Source: a virus
Lineage: Duplodnaviria; Caudoviricetes
Virus record (IMG/VR): IMGVR_UViG_3300042557_001137
Span: 1-60,910 of that record
Length of the DNA: 60,910 bases
Strand: one strand, 5' to 3'
Below the pieces are notes generated by a model, which saw nothing but the letters and a program-made list of their open reading frames with translations, had not been told where the DNA came from and made no database searches. This document shows, in pieces, positions 37,956-45,540 of the stretch (within the stretch, counting starts at the first letter, position 1; each line of letters begins with the position of its first letter). The translations under genes were made by a program, and so were the position numbers.

Positions 37956-38264
37956 ATGAACAAAATCTACCAGCCGATCACCGTCGCCCCCGGCCGCCTC
38001 GTGGCCTTCGTCAAGGCCCGCCGCGACCCCAAGGAGTTCAGAGACCCCCACTACCAGGGTGTGATGGCGCTGCCCGATGGCACGCGTTTGCAGGTCTCGA
38101 TATGGATCGACACCACGCGCGCCGGCAAGCCCATCATCAACGGCTCTGTCCGCCCTGAGCCCGTCCGCACGGCGCATCACCTCGACTCGGCCGAACTCGC
38201 CAAGTCCGAGGACATCCCGCAGCACCCGGGCGCCAAGGTCGACCCCAACTTCGACCTGTTCTGA
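37956..38264 (+). CDS. small OB-fold ssDNA-binding-like protein (DUF736-like)
   Basis: P.YQG..DG...QVSIW....AGK..INGSV pattern with acidic/aromatic C-terminus (DPNFDLF). Confidence 0.6.
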   Translation: MNKIYQPITVAPGRLVAFVKARRDPKEFRDPHYQGVMALPDGTRLQVSIWIDTTRAGKPIINGSVRPEPVRTAHHLDSAELAKSEDIPQHPGAKVDPNFDLF

Positions 38265-38271
38265 TCCTCCT

Positions 38272-38298
38272 AGCCCTGAGCACGGCTCAAAACTGCTC
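38272..38298 (+). repeat. intergenic pseudoknot repeat copy 2
   Basis: AGCCCTGAGCACGGCTCAAAACTGCTC. Confidence 0.8.
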
Positions 38299-38329
38299 CC
38301 TTCTCTCAACCAGTCCAGGAGAACTGACC

Positions 38330-38485
38330 ATGTCCAGCAAGATCCGCACCTCGACCATCTTCGCGATGGCCGCCAACATGACCTTCATCGCTTCGTTCTT
38401 CGCCGGCGAGATGGCGCTGCCGATGCTCTTCATCACCGCCTACGCCGGTCTGGCCGGGCTCACCTTCGCCACCCTCGGCGACTGA
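38330..38485 (+). CDS. small two-TM membrane protein (51 aa)
   Basis: AGGAG RBS; hydrophobic; not in the ORF track. Confidence 0.65.
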   Translation: MSSKIRTSTIFAMAANMTFIASFFAGEMALPMLFITAYAGLAGLTFATLGD

Positions 38486-38495
38486 GGTACGCACC

Positions 38496-38837
38496 GTGAT
38501 CTACCAACCTGCTCCGCCGAACTTCCTCGAAGAAGCACGCGCGCTGATCGAGGCCCACAACATCAACAACGCCTACGAGTTCATCGAATACGCGATGAAC
38601 GACCGTCTCCACGGAGACGAGTACTTCGCCGCTGTCGCCGGCTTGGTGACCTGCGAAATCACCCCATTCTGTGTCCGCGTCGGTGACTCCCTCATGGACC
38701 AGGACGAATGGCTGGAGGGCGCCCTCAGCGGCATCAAGGGCGATGACCTCACCGTGTGGGTGGCCAAGTTCCTCGACCGCCATCACGAGTTCCTCGTCGA
38801 TGAGCTCGGCGACGACATTGACGTCGTCCCGGTCTGA
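38496..38837 (+). CDS. acidic hypothetical protein
   Basis: GAGG RBS, GTG start, coding-like codon bias. Confidence 0.7.
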   Translation: MIYQPAPPNFLEEARALIEAHNINNAYEFIEYAMNDRLHGDEYFAAVAGLVTCEITPFCVRVGDSLMDQDEWLEGALSGIKGDDLTVWVAKFLDRHHEFLVDELGDDIDVVPV

Positions 38838-38845
38838 TCCCTCAG

Positions 38846-38888
38846 CTGCAGGGTCAAGGCCCCCAAGCCTTGGCCCTGCAGTTCTTTT
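38846..38888 (+). terminator. intrinsic terminator
   Basis: 15-bp stem CTGCAGGGTCAAGGC/GCCTTGGCCCTGCAG followed by TTCTTTT. Confidence 0.75.
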
Positions 38889-38988
38889 CAGCGTAAGAGG
38901 GGGACCACGTGCCGGGGGGAACGAGCAACGTGCCCCGAGCCCCCATCCACGATCGGTGTGCCGTGCTCATCGGCCCACGCCCCTTGGA

Positions 38989-39050
38989 CCGTGGCCACCG
39001 GTGCTTGCGCCGTGGTCCGTGGCCACCGGTGCTTGCGCCGTGGTCCGTGG
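38989..39050. repeat. 28-bp tandem repeat built from heptamers
   Basis: CCGTGGCCACCGGTGCTTGCGCCGTGGT twice, plus CCGTGG. Confidence 0.9.
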
Positions 39051-39067
39051 ACATCGGCCGACGTGGA

Positions 39068-39352
39068 TGTGTACCGGCTGTGTACCGCCGGTACCAGTTC
39101 GTGGTACACAGAAGTGGTACACATTAACCCCTTGCCACGTAAGGGTTTTTCAGCACTTTCACAAAGTGTGTACCGCGAAAGGGGGGGGTCTCAAACATGA
39201 CGAAATACCCTATATGTGTTTTCTAACACATAGTCGTTTTTCAATTTACCCCCTAAAATGGTGGTACACATGGTACCAAATTGATTCTTAAGGAAAAATG
39301 GTGGTACACAAGGTGGTACACAAGCCACTGTTCCTGGTACACATGGTACACA
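39068..39352. repeat. iteron-like cluster, candidate replication origin
   Basis: Seven direct TGGTACACA and three inverted TGTGTACC copies around an AT-rich tract in a non-coding gap. Confidence 0.65.
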
Positions 39353-39424
39353 CCACTGTATTTCCATACAGACATTTGTATTTTCGCAACAGATTCTGTT
39401 GCTTTAATACAACAAAGGCGTGTC

Positions 39425-39446
39425 CCCCTTCGGGGTCCACGGTCAG
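39425..39446 (+). promoter_or_regulatory. hairpin-CGGTCAG element 3
   Basis: CCCC-TTC-GGGG, then TCCA, then CGGTCAG, about 40 nt before gene 39488. Confidence 0.55.
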
Positions 39447-39487
39447 AGGGTTATTTTGTCGTTTATCCCTCATAGGAGTGTGAATCG

Positions 39488-39730
39488 ATGTATCAGACCT
39501 ATGACGAGTTCTTCCGGCAAGTCGAACAACGGATCCTGGCCACGAACCCCGTGGCTATGGACGAGCCCGCTGTACTCAACCGCATGCTGGAGATCCTCTA
39601 CCCGCCCAATTCCTACCACCACTTCATGCTGCACGGCGCCGAGTTCGACGACGTGGTCGAGGCTGCAGTCAACGACTGCACCGCAAACCTCTCCGTCAAC
39701 ACCATCGCCGGCCTGCTCAGGAGCCACTGA
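39488..39730 (+). CDS. hypothetical early protein
   Basis: AGGAG RBS. Confidence 0.7.
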   Translation: MYQTYDEFFRQVEQRILATNPVAMDEPAVLNRMLEILYPPNSYHHFMLHGAEFDDVVEAAVNDCTANLSVNTIAGLLRSH

Positions 39731-39732
39731 CC

Positions 39733-39981
39733 ATGAGCCACGGACACCCGGCCGAGGTTCGTCGGATCTTCTACGTCCTTGGACCTTTCGGCTACCGGCG
39801 CGCGTTCCGCTCCATCCGCAAAGCCCTCAAGTGCGGCGAGTCGACCGTCTCCATCTCCCAGAAGCTCAGACGCAACCCGTTCGAAATCAACCTGCAGAAC
39901 CGAGACCTTGTCGCATTCGTCCGCCACGTGGCCACCCGCCACTACCGGGCTGAACTCCGTCGCTACCACTCATACCGTTGA
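39733..39981 (+). CDS. basic hypothetical protein
   Basis: AGGAG RBS; packed in operon. Confidence 0.6.
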   Translation: MSHGHPAEVRRIFYVLGPFGYRRAFRSIRKALKCGESTVSISQKLRRNPFEINLQNRDLVAFVRHVATRHYRAELRRYHSYR

Positions 39982-40008
39982 CCTTCACCTAGCAAAGGAC
40001 AAACCACC

Positions 40009-40242
40009 ATGAACCAGAACTTACTGACCATTGCCCGCATCGCTTTCGCCGACGCCCAGATCGAGTGGGCCAAGGCCCTCAAGAGCTTCGACTACGACGC
40101 CATGTACGCCGCCGCTTGCGCGGTCTGCATCGCCGAGCGCGATGTTTGCCGCCTCCAGTTGGAGGAGGACTTCTTCCTCGCGACCCGGCCGTGGCCTTCT
40201 TCCACTCAGGCCGTCGCCTGGCAACCCGCTCAGGTGTCGTGA
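40009..40242 (+). CDS. hypothetical protein
   Basis: AAGGA RBS. Confidence 0.65.
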   Translation: MNQNLLTIARIAFADAQIEWAKALKSFDYDAMYAAACAVCIAERDVCRLQLEEDFFLATRPWPSSTQAVAWQPAQVS

Positions 40243-40442
40243 TGAGAGCGCTCCACATCGCCGAGTGGCGCGAGTACTCGCAAGAGTGCGCGCACCAAGC
40301 CCGCGAGGCCCGTTACGCAGCCGAGAACGTCTGCCCCAGTTGCGGGGGCACAGGCGATCACGGCGTAGAACCTGACACCGGTTGCCTGTTCGTCTGCTAC
40401 AGCTGCGCCGGCACCGGCAAGTACTTTTTCTCTCTCACCTGA
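40242..40442 (+). CDS. DnaJ-type zinc-finger small protein
   Basis: CPSCGGTG and CYSCAGTG motifs; TGATG coupling to the upstream gene. Confidence 0.7.
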   Translation: MRALHIAEWREYSQECAHQAREARYAAENVCPSCGGTGDHGVEPDTGCLFVCYSCAGTGKYFFSLT

Positions 40443-40464
40443 CCATAGCCAAGGAGAACCATCC

Positions 40465-40707
40465 ATGTCTGAAATCAACAAGTCCAAGAAGCGTCAGTCG
40501 ACCGTCAACGGTCCGTATTACTCGGCCCAGTTCGGCAACACCTTCAACAACAAGGTGCGCGCTCTGGCCAAGAAGCTCGCTGAGCTGACCGCCGCTTTCA
40601 AGCGCGCGATGGAGAAGGGCCAGTCCAAGAAGGCCGACAACATCCAGGAGCAGATCAAGCTCGTGGAGGCCGCCCGCAAGTCCATCCCCCTCAAGCGGGG
40701 TGGCTGA
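40465..40707 (+). CDS. basic coiled-coil protein
   Basis: AAGGAG RBS; strong codon bias. Confidence 0.75.
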   Translation: MSEINKSKKRQSTVNGPYYSAQFGNTFNNKVRALAKKLAELTAAFKRAMEKGQSKKADNIQEQIKLVEAARKSIPLKRGG

Positions 40708-40898
40708 TGAAGATCACCATCCGCGATCTGTCGGGCGACACGCCGACCGAGACCTGCGAGTTGCCGGACAACTTCGAGCAGGTGCTGATGACCCTCCTTC
40801 GCGGGGCCCACTCTGTGGGCTTCCGTCGAGGGGTGGTCGTCGGCGCCGTCTCGACCTTGATCGGTGCGGTCGCGTTCTACATGTTCTCGGGAGCCTGA
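40707..40898 (+). CDS. small membrane-anchored protein
   Basis: TGATG coupling; C-terminal TM segment. Confidence 0.65.
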   Translation: MKITIRDLSGDTPTETCELPDNFEQVLMTLLRGAHSVGFRRGVVVGAVSTLIGAVAFYMFSGA

Positions 40899-40899
40899 C

Positions 40900-41094
40900 A
40901 TGACCAAGAAATGGGTGCCAGAAGCAGCTGTTGCTCACCGTGAGTCTCTCATGATTCTGGTCAGAGTAAATGAAGCTATCCATCACTATGGCCTGGAAGG
41001 ACGCGCTTACGAGTACGACATGAAAAACGATTGCGTCGTGGTTTGGGCCACAGACACAATCACTCCTTACGTCTACGTCCGGATCTACCCCTGA
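40900..41094 (+). CDS. hypothetical protein
   Basis: GGGAG RBS before ATG 40900. Confidence 0.6.
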   Translation: MTKKWVPEAAVAHRESLMILVRVNEAIHHYGLEGRAYEYDMKNDCVVVWATDTITPYVYVRIYP

Positions 41095-41105
41095 CCACTT
41101 CTATG

Positions 41106-41138
41106 CCCCCATTGAGAGTTACTCAATGGGGGTTTTTT
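41106..41138 (+). terminator. intrinsic terminator
   Basis: CCCCCATTGAG/CTCAATGGGGG stem followed by T6. Confidence 0.85.
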
Positions 41139-41152
41139 CTTGCGAGGTCACA

Positions 41153-41350
41153 ATGAACGAGCGTTCCGACATCTCGACCGAAACCCTTATCGACAGACTT
41201 GGCCACGCTGCCTGGCACTACGCAGAGATGCGTGCTGAGCAAGCGCGTGCCAACTTGGTTGCGAAGCAGGCTGAACAGAAGTACATCGACGCGTACAACA
41301 CAGTCTTGTCTCGCATCCAGAACCTCGAAGAGTACGTGAAGAACACATGA
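41153..41350 (+). CDS. coiled-coil hypothetical protein (similar to 42235..42447)
   Basis: GAGG RBS; ATG 41153. Confidence 0.65.
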   Translation: MNERSDISTETLIDRLGHAAWHYAEMRAEQARANLVAKQAEQKYIDAYNTVLSRIQNLEEYVKNT

Positions 41351-41547
41351 CCACGAACCACGAATACCACATCACGCTCAAGTGGTACGTCGAAGACGTC
41401 CACAGGGTGCGCCCAGATCTCGATGATCGGCAAGCACGAGAAGTGCTCAGGTACATCCGCGACAACCACAGCGCAGATGTGGGTGTGAATTGGTACGTGA
41501 TCGAATGTGCAGCTAGTGATTTGTTTCCAACAAAGGACGACGAATAA
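41347..41547 (+). CDS. conserved phage hypothetical protein
   Basis: W.VEDV..RPDL.D.QAREVL..H.A..GVNW..IE motif. Confidence 0.75.
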   Translation: MTTNHEYHITLKWYVEDVHRVRPDLDDRQAREVLRYIRDNHSADVGVNWYVIECAASDLFPTKDDE

Positions 41548-41726
41548 TGGCCATTGAACCCCGGATCATCCACATAGACTTAGACATCACCACTATCGAC
41601 GAAGATACTTACGACACCGTGCTTCGAGAATTCATGCTCGTCATCGACCGTATGGGGCTTGATGGCGACAAGTTCTCATACGATAAATGGCGGATCACTT
41701 GCGTAGCAGAGGAAAGCACTCCATGA
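41547..41726 (+). CDS. acidic hypothetical protein (59 aa)
   Basis: TAATG coupling; MAIEPRIIHIDLD..; not in the ORF track. Confidence 0.6.
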   Translation: MAIEPRIIHIDLDITTIDEDTYDTVLREFMLVIDRMGLDGDKFSYDKWRITCVAEESTP

Positions 41727-41986
41727 CTGTCTCCGTCACATCATCCATCTGGGTAGTGAAAGCTACGGAACAAGTTTCAGGCGACTACGACGTCGTGTTC
41801 CTCATGTCTTTCAATACCCGCAACGGTGCAAAAGCCGTGTACGACTACGGCAGGCGCAAAGTACCCAAACTGTATTGGCAGTACGACGCTATGCCTTTTC
41901 TCGACAACAACGACTACGACTACGCCATATACAACATCGACGAATTGAGCGAAGGGTTCTACAACGACAAGATCGAACCCGTATGA
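41723..41986 (+). CDS. hypothetical protein
   Basis: ATGA overlap; GAGGA RBS. Confidence 0.6.
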   Translation: MTVSVTSSIWVVKATEQVSGDYDVVFLMSFNTRNGAKAVYDYGRRKVPKLYWQYDAMPFLDNNDYDYAIYNIDELSEGFYNDKIEPV

Positions 41987-42011
41987 ATCAGAACTCACAG
42001 ACACAAAAGCC

Positions 42012-42221
42012 ATGAACAGACATACTGAGATCAAGCCTGGAGCATATCGCGCCCTGTTCCTTGACGCACTTGCCAAGTATCGCGAAACAGCAGACCCTGC
42101 TGAGATCCCTGTCATCGATCATTACGTACGAACGCTTCAAAACCCCGACTACAAATTCGGAAAGATGACATACCACGGCCAAAAGATTTATGGCCCTGGC
42201 GAATTGTTCTTTCGTTCTTAA
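42012..42221 (+). CDS. hypothetical protein
   Basis: Co-oriented ORF in operon. Confidence 0.55.
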   Translation: MNRHTEIKPGAYRALFLDALAKYRETADPAEIPVIDHYVRTLQNPDYKFGKMTYHGQKIYGPGELFFRS

Positions 42222-42234
42222 AGGAGAACTGACC

Positions 42235-42447
42235 ATGCCCCCCGATTTCTCGAAACTGACCACTACCGAACTGATGGACAAGCTGATCAACCAGGCTTAC
42301 GCAGTCGGCCGACTCAAAGCCGAAGCTGCTCACGCCAGGACTATGGCAGACCGGGCTCTATCTGAGTACGAAACGCTCCACACTGAAGCCCAGACTCGTC
42401 TGCACAACATGGCGGAGACGTTGGCCATCACATCGGGTAAACCCTGA
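42235..42447 (+). CDS. coiled-coil hypothetical protein
   Basis: AAGGAG RBS; ATG 42235. Confidence 0.7.
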   Translation: MPPDFSKLTTTELMDKLINQAYAVGRLKAEAAHARTMADRALSEYETLHTEAQTRLHNMAETLAITSGKP

Positions 42448-42650
42448 TGGCCACTCGACAGTACATGGAGCGTTACATCGTCAGGTCCTACACCGAAGAA
42501 CTCATGAAGAGCAAAGCTGCACTGAAGTATTTCATTTACGAAGTGCTTCATTACGGGTACAGCGCTTCTCTTCCTACCAACGGTCCTTTGGACGCAATGG
42601 ACGATTACGAAGTGAAACAAGTCTATGACGATTACAGGGGAAGCAAATGA
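42447..42650 (+). CDS. hypothetical protein
   Basis: TGATG coupling. Confidence 0.6.
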   Translation: MATRQYMERYIVRSYTEELMKSKAALKYFIYEVLHYGYSASLPTNGPLDAMDDYEVKQVYDDYRGSK

Positions 42651-42856
42651 ACAAAGACAAGCTTGAAAAAGTTGATTCTATGTTTTCCATATTTGCATCG
42701 ATCGTGATCATCGGAGCTGTTGTACTGGCGTTCAGCGCCAGCTACCGTGAGTCATTGCGCGCTAAAGGCGAAGCCAAGTTCTGCAATGAGCGCAATGGAG
42801 TGTTGTTGCGTAGCCACGAGGGCACCGTATGCGCCAAGCTGGAGATCGTCGACTGA
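42647..42856 (+). CDS. small membrane protein
   Basis: One TM segment then a C..RNG....C motif. Confidence 0.6.
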   Translation: MNKDKLEKVDSMFSIFASIVIIGAVVLAFSASYRESLRAKGEAKFCNERNGVLLRSHEGTVCAKLEIVD

Positions 42857-43056
42857 CGACTTTTGTCGATCAAACCCTTGAACACTTGTACGAACAGTTA
42901 GCCGAGTCCCATCAGATATGGGAACAAGCCAACGAACAACTGAACTACGACGGGTCCATACCATTTGTCCAAGCAGAGAAGAAAGCCTGGTCCCGTGTAG
43001 TCAGGATTCAACGGTCTATCCTTCGTTTTGAACAAGCCACAAAGGACAACAAATGA
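42829..43056 (+). CDS. hypothetical protein (start uncertain)
   Basis: Fills an operon gap; ATGA overlap with the next gene. Confidence 0.45.
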   Translation: MRQAGDRRLTTFVDQTLEHLYEQLAESHQIWEQANEQLNYDGSIPFVQAEKKAWSRVVRIQRSILRFEQATKDNK

Positions 43057-43241
43057 AGCCCAACAGCTACAAAGTCTTGCTCCATGCTGTCGAGATCGGT
43101 GTTGCTCTTGGCGTAAGCCGAGCTTTCAAACACGACAAAAACCCGTCTTTTGACCAGCTTACTGAGACCGTTGAACAAGCGATTGTCGACCAGATCTGCG
43201 AATGGTTCGAATTCGAACCGGATTTCAATTCACACAACTGA
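43053..43241 (+). CDS. conserved phage hypothetical protein
   Basis: MKP..Y..L..AVE.GV..G..RA.KH...P..ICEWFEF. Confidence 0.7.
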   Translation: MKPNSYKVLLHAVEIGVALGVSRAFKHDKNPSFDQLTETVEQAIVDQICEWFEFEPDFNSHN

Positions 43242-43257
43242 TCAGGAACCACTCATC

Positions 43258-43533
43258 ATGTCCACCCTCAACACTCCTATTTCCCTTTCTGATTACGACA
43301 CCCGTCTCCGATCGCACGACTGGTACTACCAGTATTCCGACAACCACGGCGTGTGGCGCCGGGGCGACGGCGAACGAACTGCTCTGGTCAACCGCAGCAA
43401 GGAATCTCCGGAGCACAAAGAGCTGTACGACGCCTGGGTCACGTACTTCTTTTCGGGCGACAATTTCGACAGCCCCAAGTTCACCCAAGAAGAGCGTGAC
43501 GCTGTGCGTCGTCGCTTGGGTGTCATCGAGTAA
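43258..43533 (+). CDS. HDWYY-motif phage protein
   Basis: L..HDWYYQYSD...WRRG motif; AGGA RBS. Confidence 0.75.
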   Translation: MSTLNTPISLSDYDTRLRSHDWYYQYSDNHGVWRRGDGERTALVNRSKESPEHKELYDAWVTYFFSGDNFDSPKFTQEERDAVRRRLGVIE

Positions 43534-43544
43534 GGCCGTGTTTT

Positions 43545-43859
43545 ATGGCTACTGATCCCGTTCCTATATCCATCTCTGACTACAACACCGCTTTGGAAAA
43601 CTTCGATTGGTACTACGACTTTTCAGAAAACCCTGATGAGCGCGACCAAAGCCGCCAACGCGCGGACGAGCTTTTTCGGATACGTGATCAAAGCGGTTTG
43701 CACCATTATCTTTACGGAATTTGGGCCATGTTCATGGCACACCATCTTTGTGAAGAAGACCTTCAAGAAGAGATCACTTGGGTGATGTCTGTTAGTCCTA
43801 GTACTTCACAGTTTGATATACATGAAGCTAAACAGATGCTGGAGGGCCTCTCAGAATGA
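43545..43859 (+). CDS. paralogue of 43258..43533
   Basis: PISISDY..L..FDWYYDFS aligns with the preceding gene. Confidence 0.7.
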   Translation: MATDPVPISISDYNTALENFDWYYDFSENPDERDQSRQRADELFRIRDQSGLHHYLYGIWAMFMAHHLCEEDLQEEITWVMSVSPSTSQFDIHEAKQMLEGLSE

Positions 43860-44125
43860 ACACCGCCAAACTCGAAGCAGCTACAAGCAACAGCGTCGCT
43901 AACGCACGTTTGCTGCTTCGCTCTATCCAAAACCAAGTTGATTCTGACTGTTACATCGGTTCCGGTCCGCTTTCTTCCGCACAGCTTTTCAACGCTGCAG
44001 CCGACGCACACGAGCTTTTCTCTTTGTTGCTCCACGCAGCCAGTGGACGCGCTGTGCTAGAACAACGCGCATCCTTTCAGGATGCGCGGTCAGAAAATGT
44101 TGGTGAAGTCGGTAGCAAGGAGTGA
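43856..44125 (+). CDS. hypothetical protein
   Basis: GGAGG RBS, ATGA overlap. Confidence 0.55.
   Translation: MNTAKLEAATSNSVANARLLLRSIQNQVDSDCYIGSGPLSSAQLFNAAADAHELFSLLLHAASGRAVLEQRASFQDARSENVGEVGSKE
44066..44093 (+). promoter_or_regulatory. hairpin-CGGTCAG element 4
   Basis: CGCGCATCCT-TTC-AGGATGCGCG, overlapping CGGTCAG at 44087-44093. Confidence 0.55.
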
Positions 44126-44129
44126 TTGT

Positions 44130-44297
44130 ATGCAACAGTTACGTCTTCCGTTCAAAACAGACATGATCCAGAGCATTGTTTACAAAGCCAAGGACGCTCT
44201 TGCGTACGTGGCCAAGCATCCTGGTGATCTGATCCTGGCTGTAATGCTCGTCATGCTGATCGACATCGAAGACGATCTTGAAAACCTCAACCAGTAA
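44130..44297 (+). CDS. small protein with hydrophobic segment
   Basis: AAGGAG RBS; ATG 44130. Confidence 0.65.
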   Translation: MQQLRLPFKTDMIQSIVYKAKDALAYVAKHPGDLILAVMLVMLIDIEDDLENLNQ

Positions 44298-44308
44298 GGA
44301 TATCCACT

Positions 44309-44464
44309 ATGCTTGAACTTGATCTCAACACCGCTCACTGGGACTTTCTCATCGCTTACGAATCAGAGCTCCCAGATAATGAGCCCGTAGGGTTCAACAT
44401 CGACACCGCGTTCGCCGCTGCTGAACGCAACGTTTCTGACATCGAATTCACCGTGTTCATCTGA
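44309..44464 (+). CDS. small acidic protein (51 aa)
   Basis: TAAGGA RBS; MLELDLNTAHWDF..; not in the ORF track. Confidence 0.55.
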   Translation: MLELDLNTAHWDFLIAYESELPDNEPVGFNIDTAFAAAERNVSDIEFTVFI

Positions 44465-44494
44465 CCATCAATCCAATCTCAAAAGGTACATACC

Positions 44495-45148
44495 ATGACC
44501 ATCAAAGACCAGTCTTTCATCCCCAACGTCCTCGGTTACACCGCCGAGAAAAACTCCACGCTCGGCCAGATCGCCCGTTTCGTCGAGACGCAGGCGGCTG
44601 ATTGCCCTCTCGAGCGCATTGCGTTGGCGTTCTTCTCGCTCCAGCGCGAACGCCAGAACGCCATCCGTTCCGAGATGGAGACCGGCGTCCCGGCTTCGGG
44701 CCCGCTGTTCAAGCCGGAGCGCTTGCTCAGCTTCGTCCAGAGCATGATGAACGGCGTCTGCTGGGCCGCGCGCCGTTTGTACGTCGCCAACGATCGGCAG
44801 GACGCCAACGACCTCGGTAACGGCATCGACTTCTCGGAGCAGGTCAGCGACTGGGTGGGCGTTCGCGCCAGCAACGACCACATCCCCGAGCTGGTCGACA
44901 GCGACTACTTGGCGCTCAACCGCCTGCACTCGCTGCTCGCGGTTAAGATGGGGTACCTGACCGACATCGCTCCGCTCTATCACTTCGAAGAGCGGGTTCG
45001 TGACGATCAGGGCAACTGGTACGTGGCCAAGACCTGCGGTTCGTTCGCCGAGGCGCTGCCGGTCATGGACGAGATCGTCGTCCGCCTGCAGCAGCAGTCC
45101 GAAGCCAGCGAAGTCGCCGACTTCATGAAGCAGCTCCGCGCCGCTTAA
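44495..45148 (+). CDS. hypothetical protein, probably highly expressed
   Basis: 217 aa, strong codon bias, followed by a terminator. Confidence 0.8.
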   Translation: MTIKDQSFIPNVLGYTAEKNSTLGQIARFVETQAADCPLERIALAFFSLQRERQNAIRSEMETGVPASGPLFKPERLLSFVQSMMNGVCWAARRLYVANDRQDANDLGNGIDFSEQVSDWVGVRASNDHIPELVDSDYLALNRLHSLLAVKMGYLTDIAPLYHFEERVRDDQGNWYVAKTCGSFAEALPVMDEIVVRLQQQSEASEVADFMKQLRAA

Positions 45149-45165
45149 TTTCAGCAACCACAACA

Positions 45166-45198
45166 GCCCGCTTGGTGTAACAGCCAAGCGGGTTTTTT
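45166..45198 (+). terminator. intrinsic terminator
   Basis: GCCCGCTTGG/CCAAGCGGGT stem followed by a T-run. Confidence 0.85.
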
Positions 45199-45219
45199 GC
45201 TTTTTCCCAGGCTGTTTCC

Positions 45220-45540
45220 ATGTACCAGGTTCATCCGGATTACGGGTTCGACAACGAACACCTTCTCAAGACTGATTCCAATTACCGCTCTCTTTGGGCA
45301 AGCGTCATCCTGCAAGCTATCCGAGACATAGATATCTGCGAAAACCCGGATCGCGACCTGGCATTGGATTACATCTTAGACGACCAAGAATACATCGGGT
45401 CGTTTACCTGGATATGCGACGTGCTAAATCTTGATAGCACCGCTATCCGCAAACGAGCGCTTACCCGCGAAGGTCGTACCATGTTGATCGGCCGTAATAA
45501 AGGAAACCGCAAACCACGGGCCCTGGATCATGGACCATGA
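45220..45540 (+). CDS. conserved phage hypothetical protein
   Basis: LWASVILQAIRD..SF.WICD.L.LD motif. Confidence 0.7.
   Translation: MYQVHPDYGFDNEHLLKTDSNYRSLWASVILQAIRDIDICENPDRDLALDYILDDQEYIGSFTWICDVLNLDSTAIRKRALTREGRTMLIGRNKGNRKPRALDHGP

Noticed and set aside
38989-39352. CRISPR array
   Set aside because: Repeats are contiguous or 9-bp iterons without regular unique spacers; no cas operon (the Cas4-like gene is a replication-module nuclease)
38671-39483. ORFs across the origin-like region
   Set aside because: Translations simply mirror the DNA repeats (WYT repeats); no RBS or codon bias
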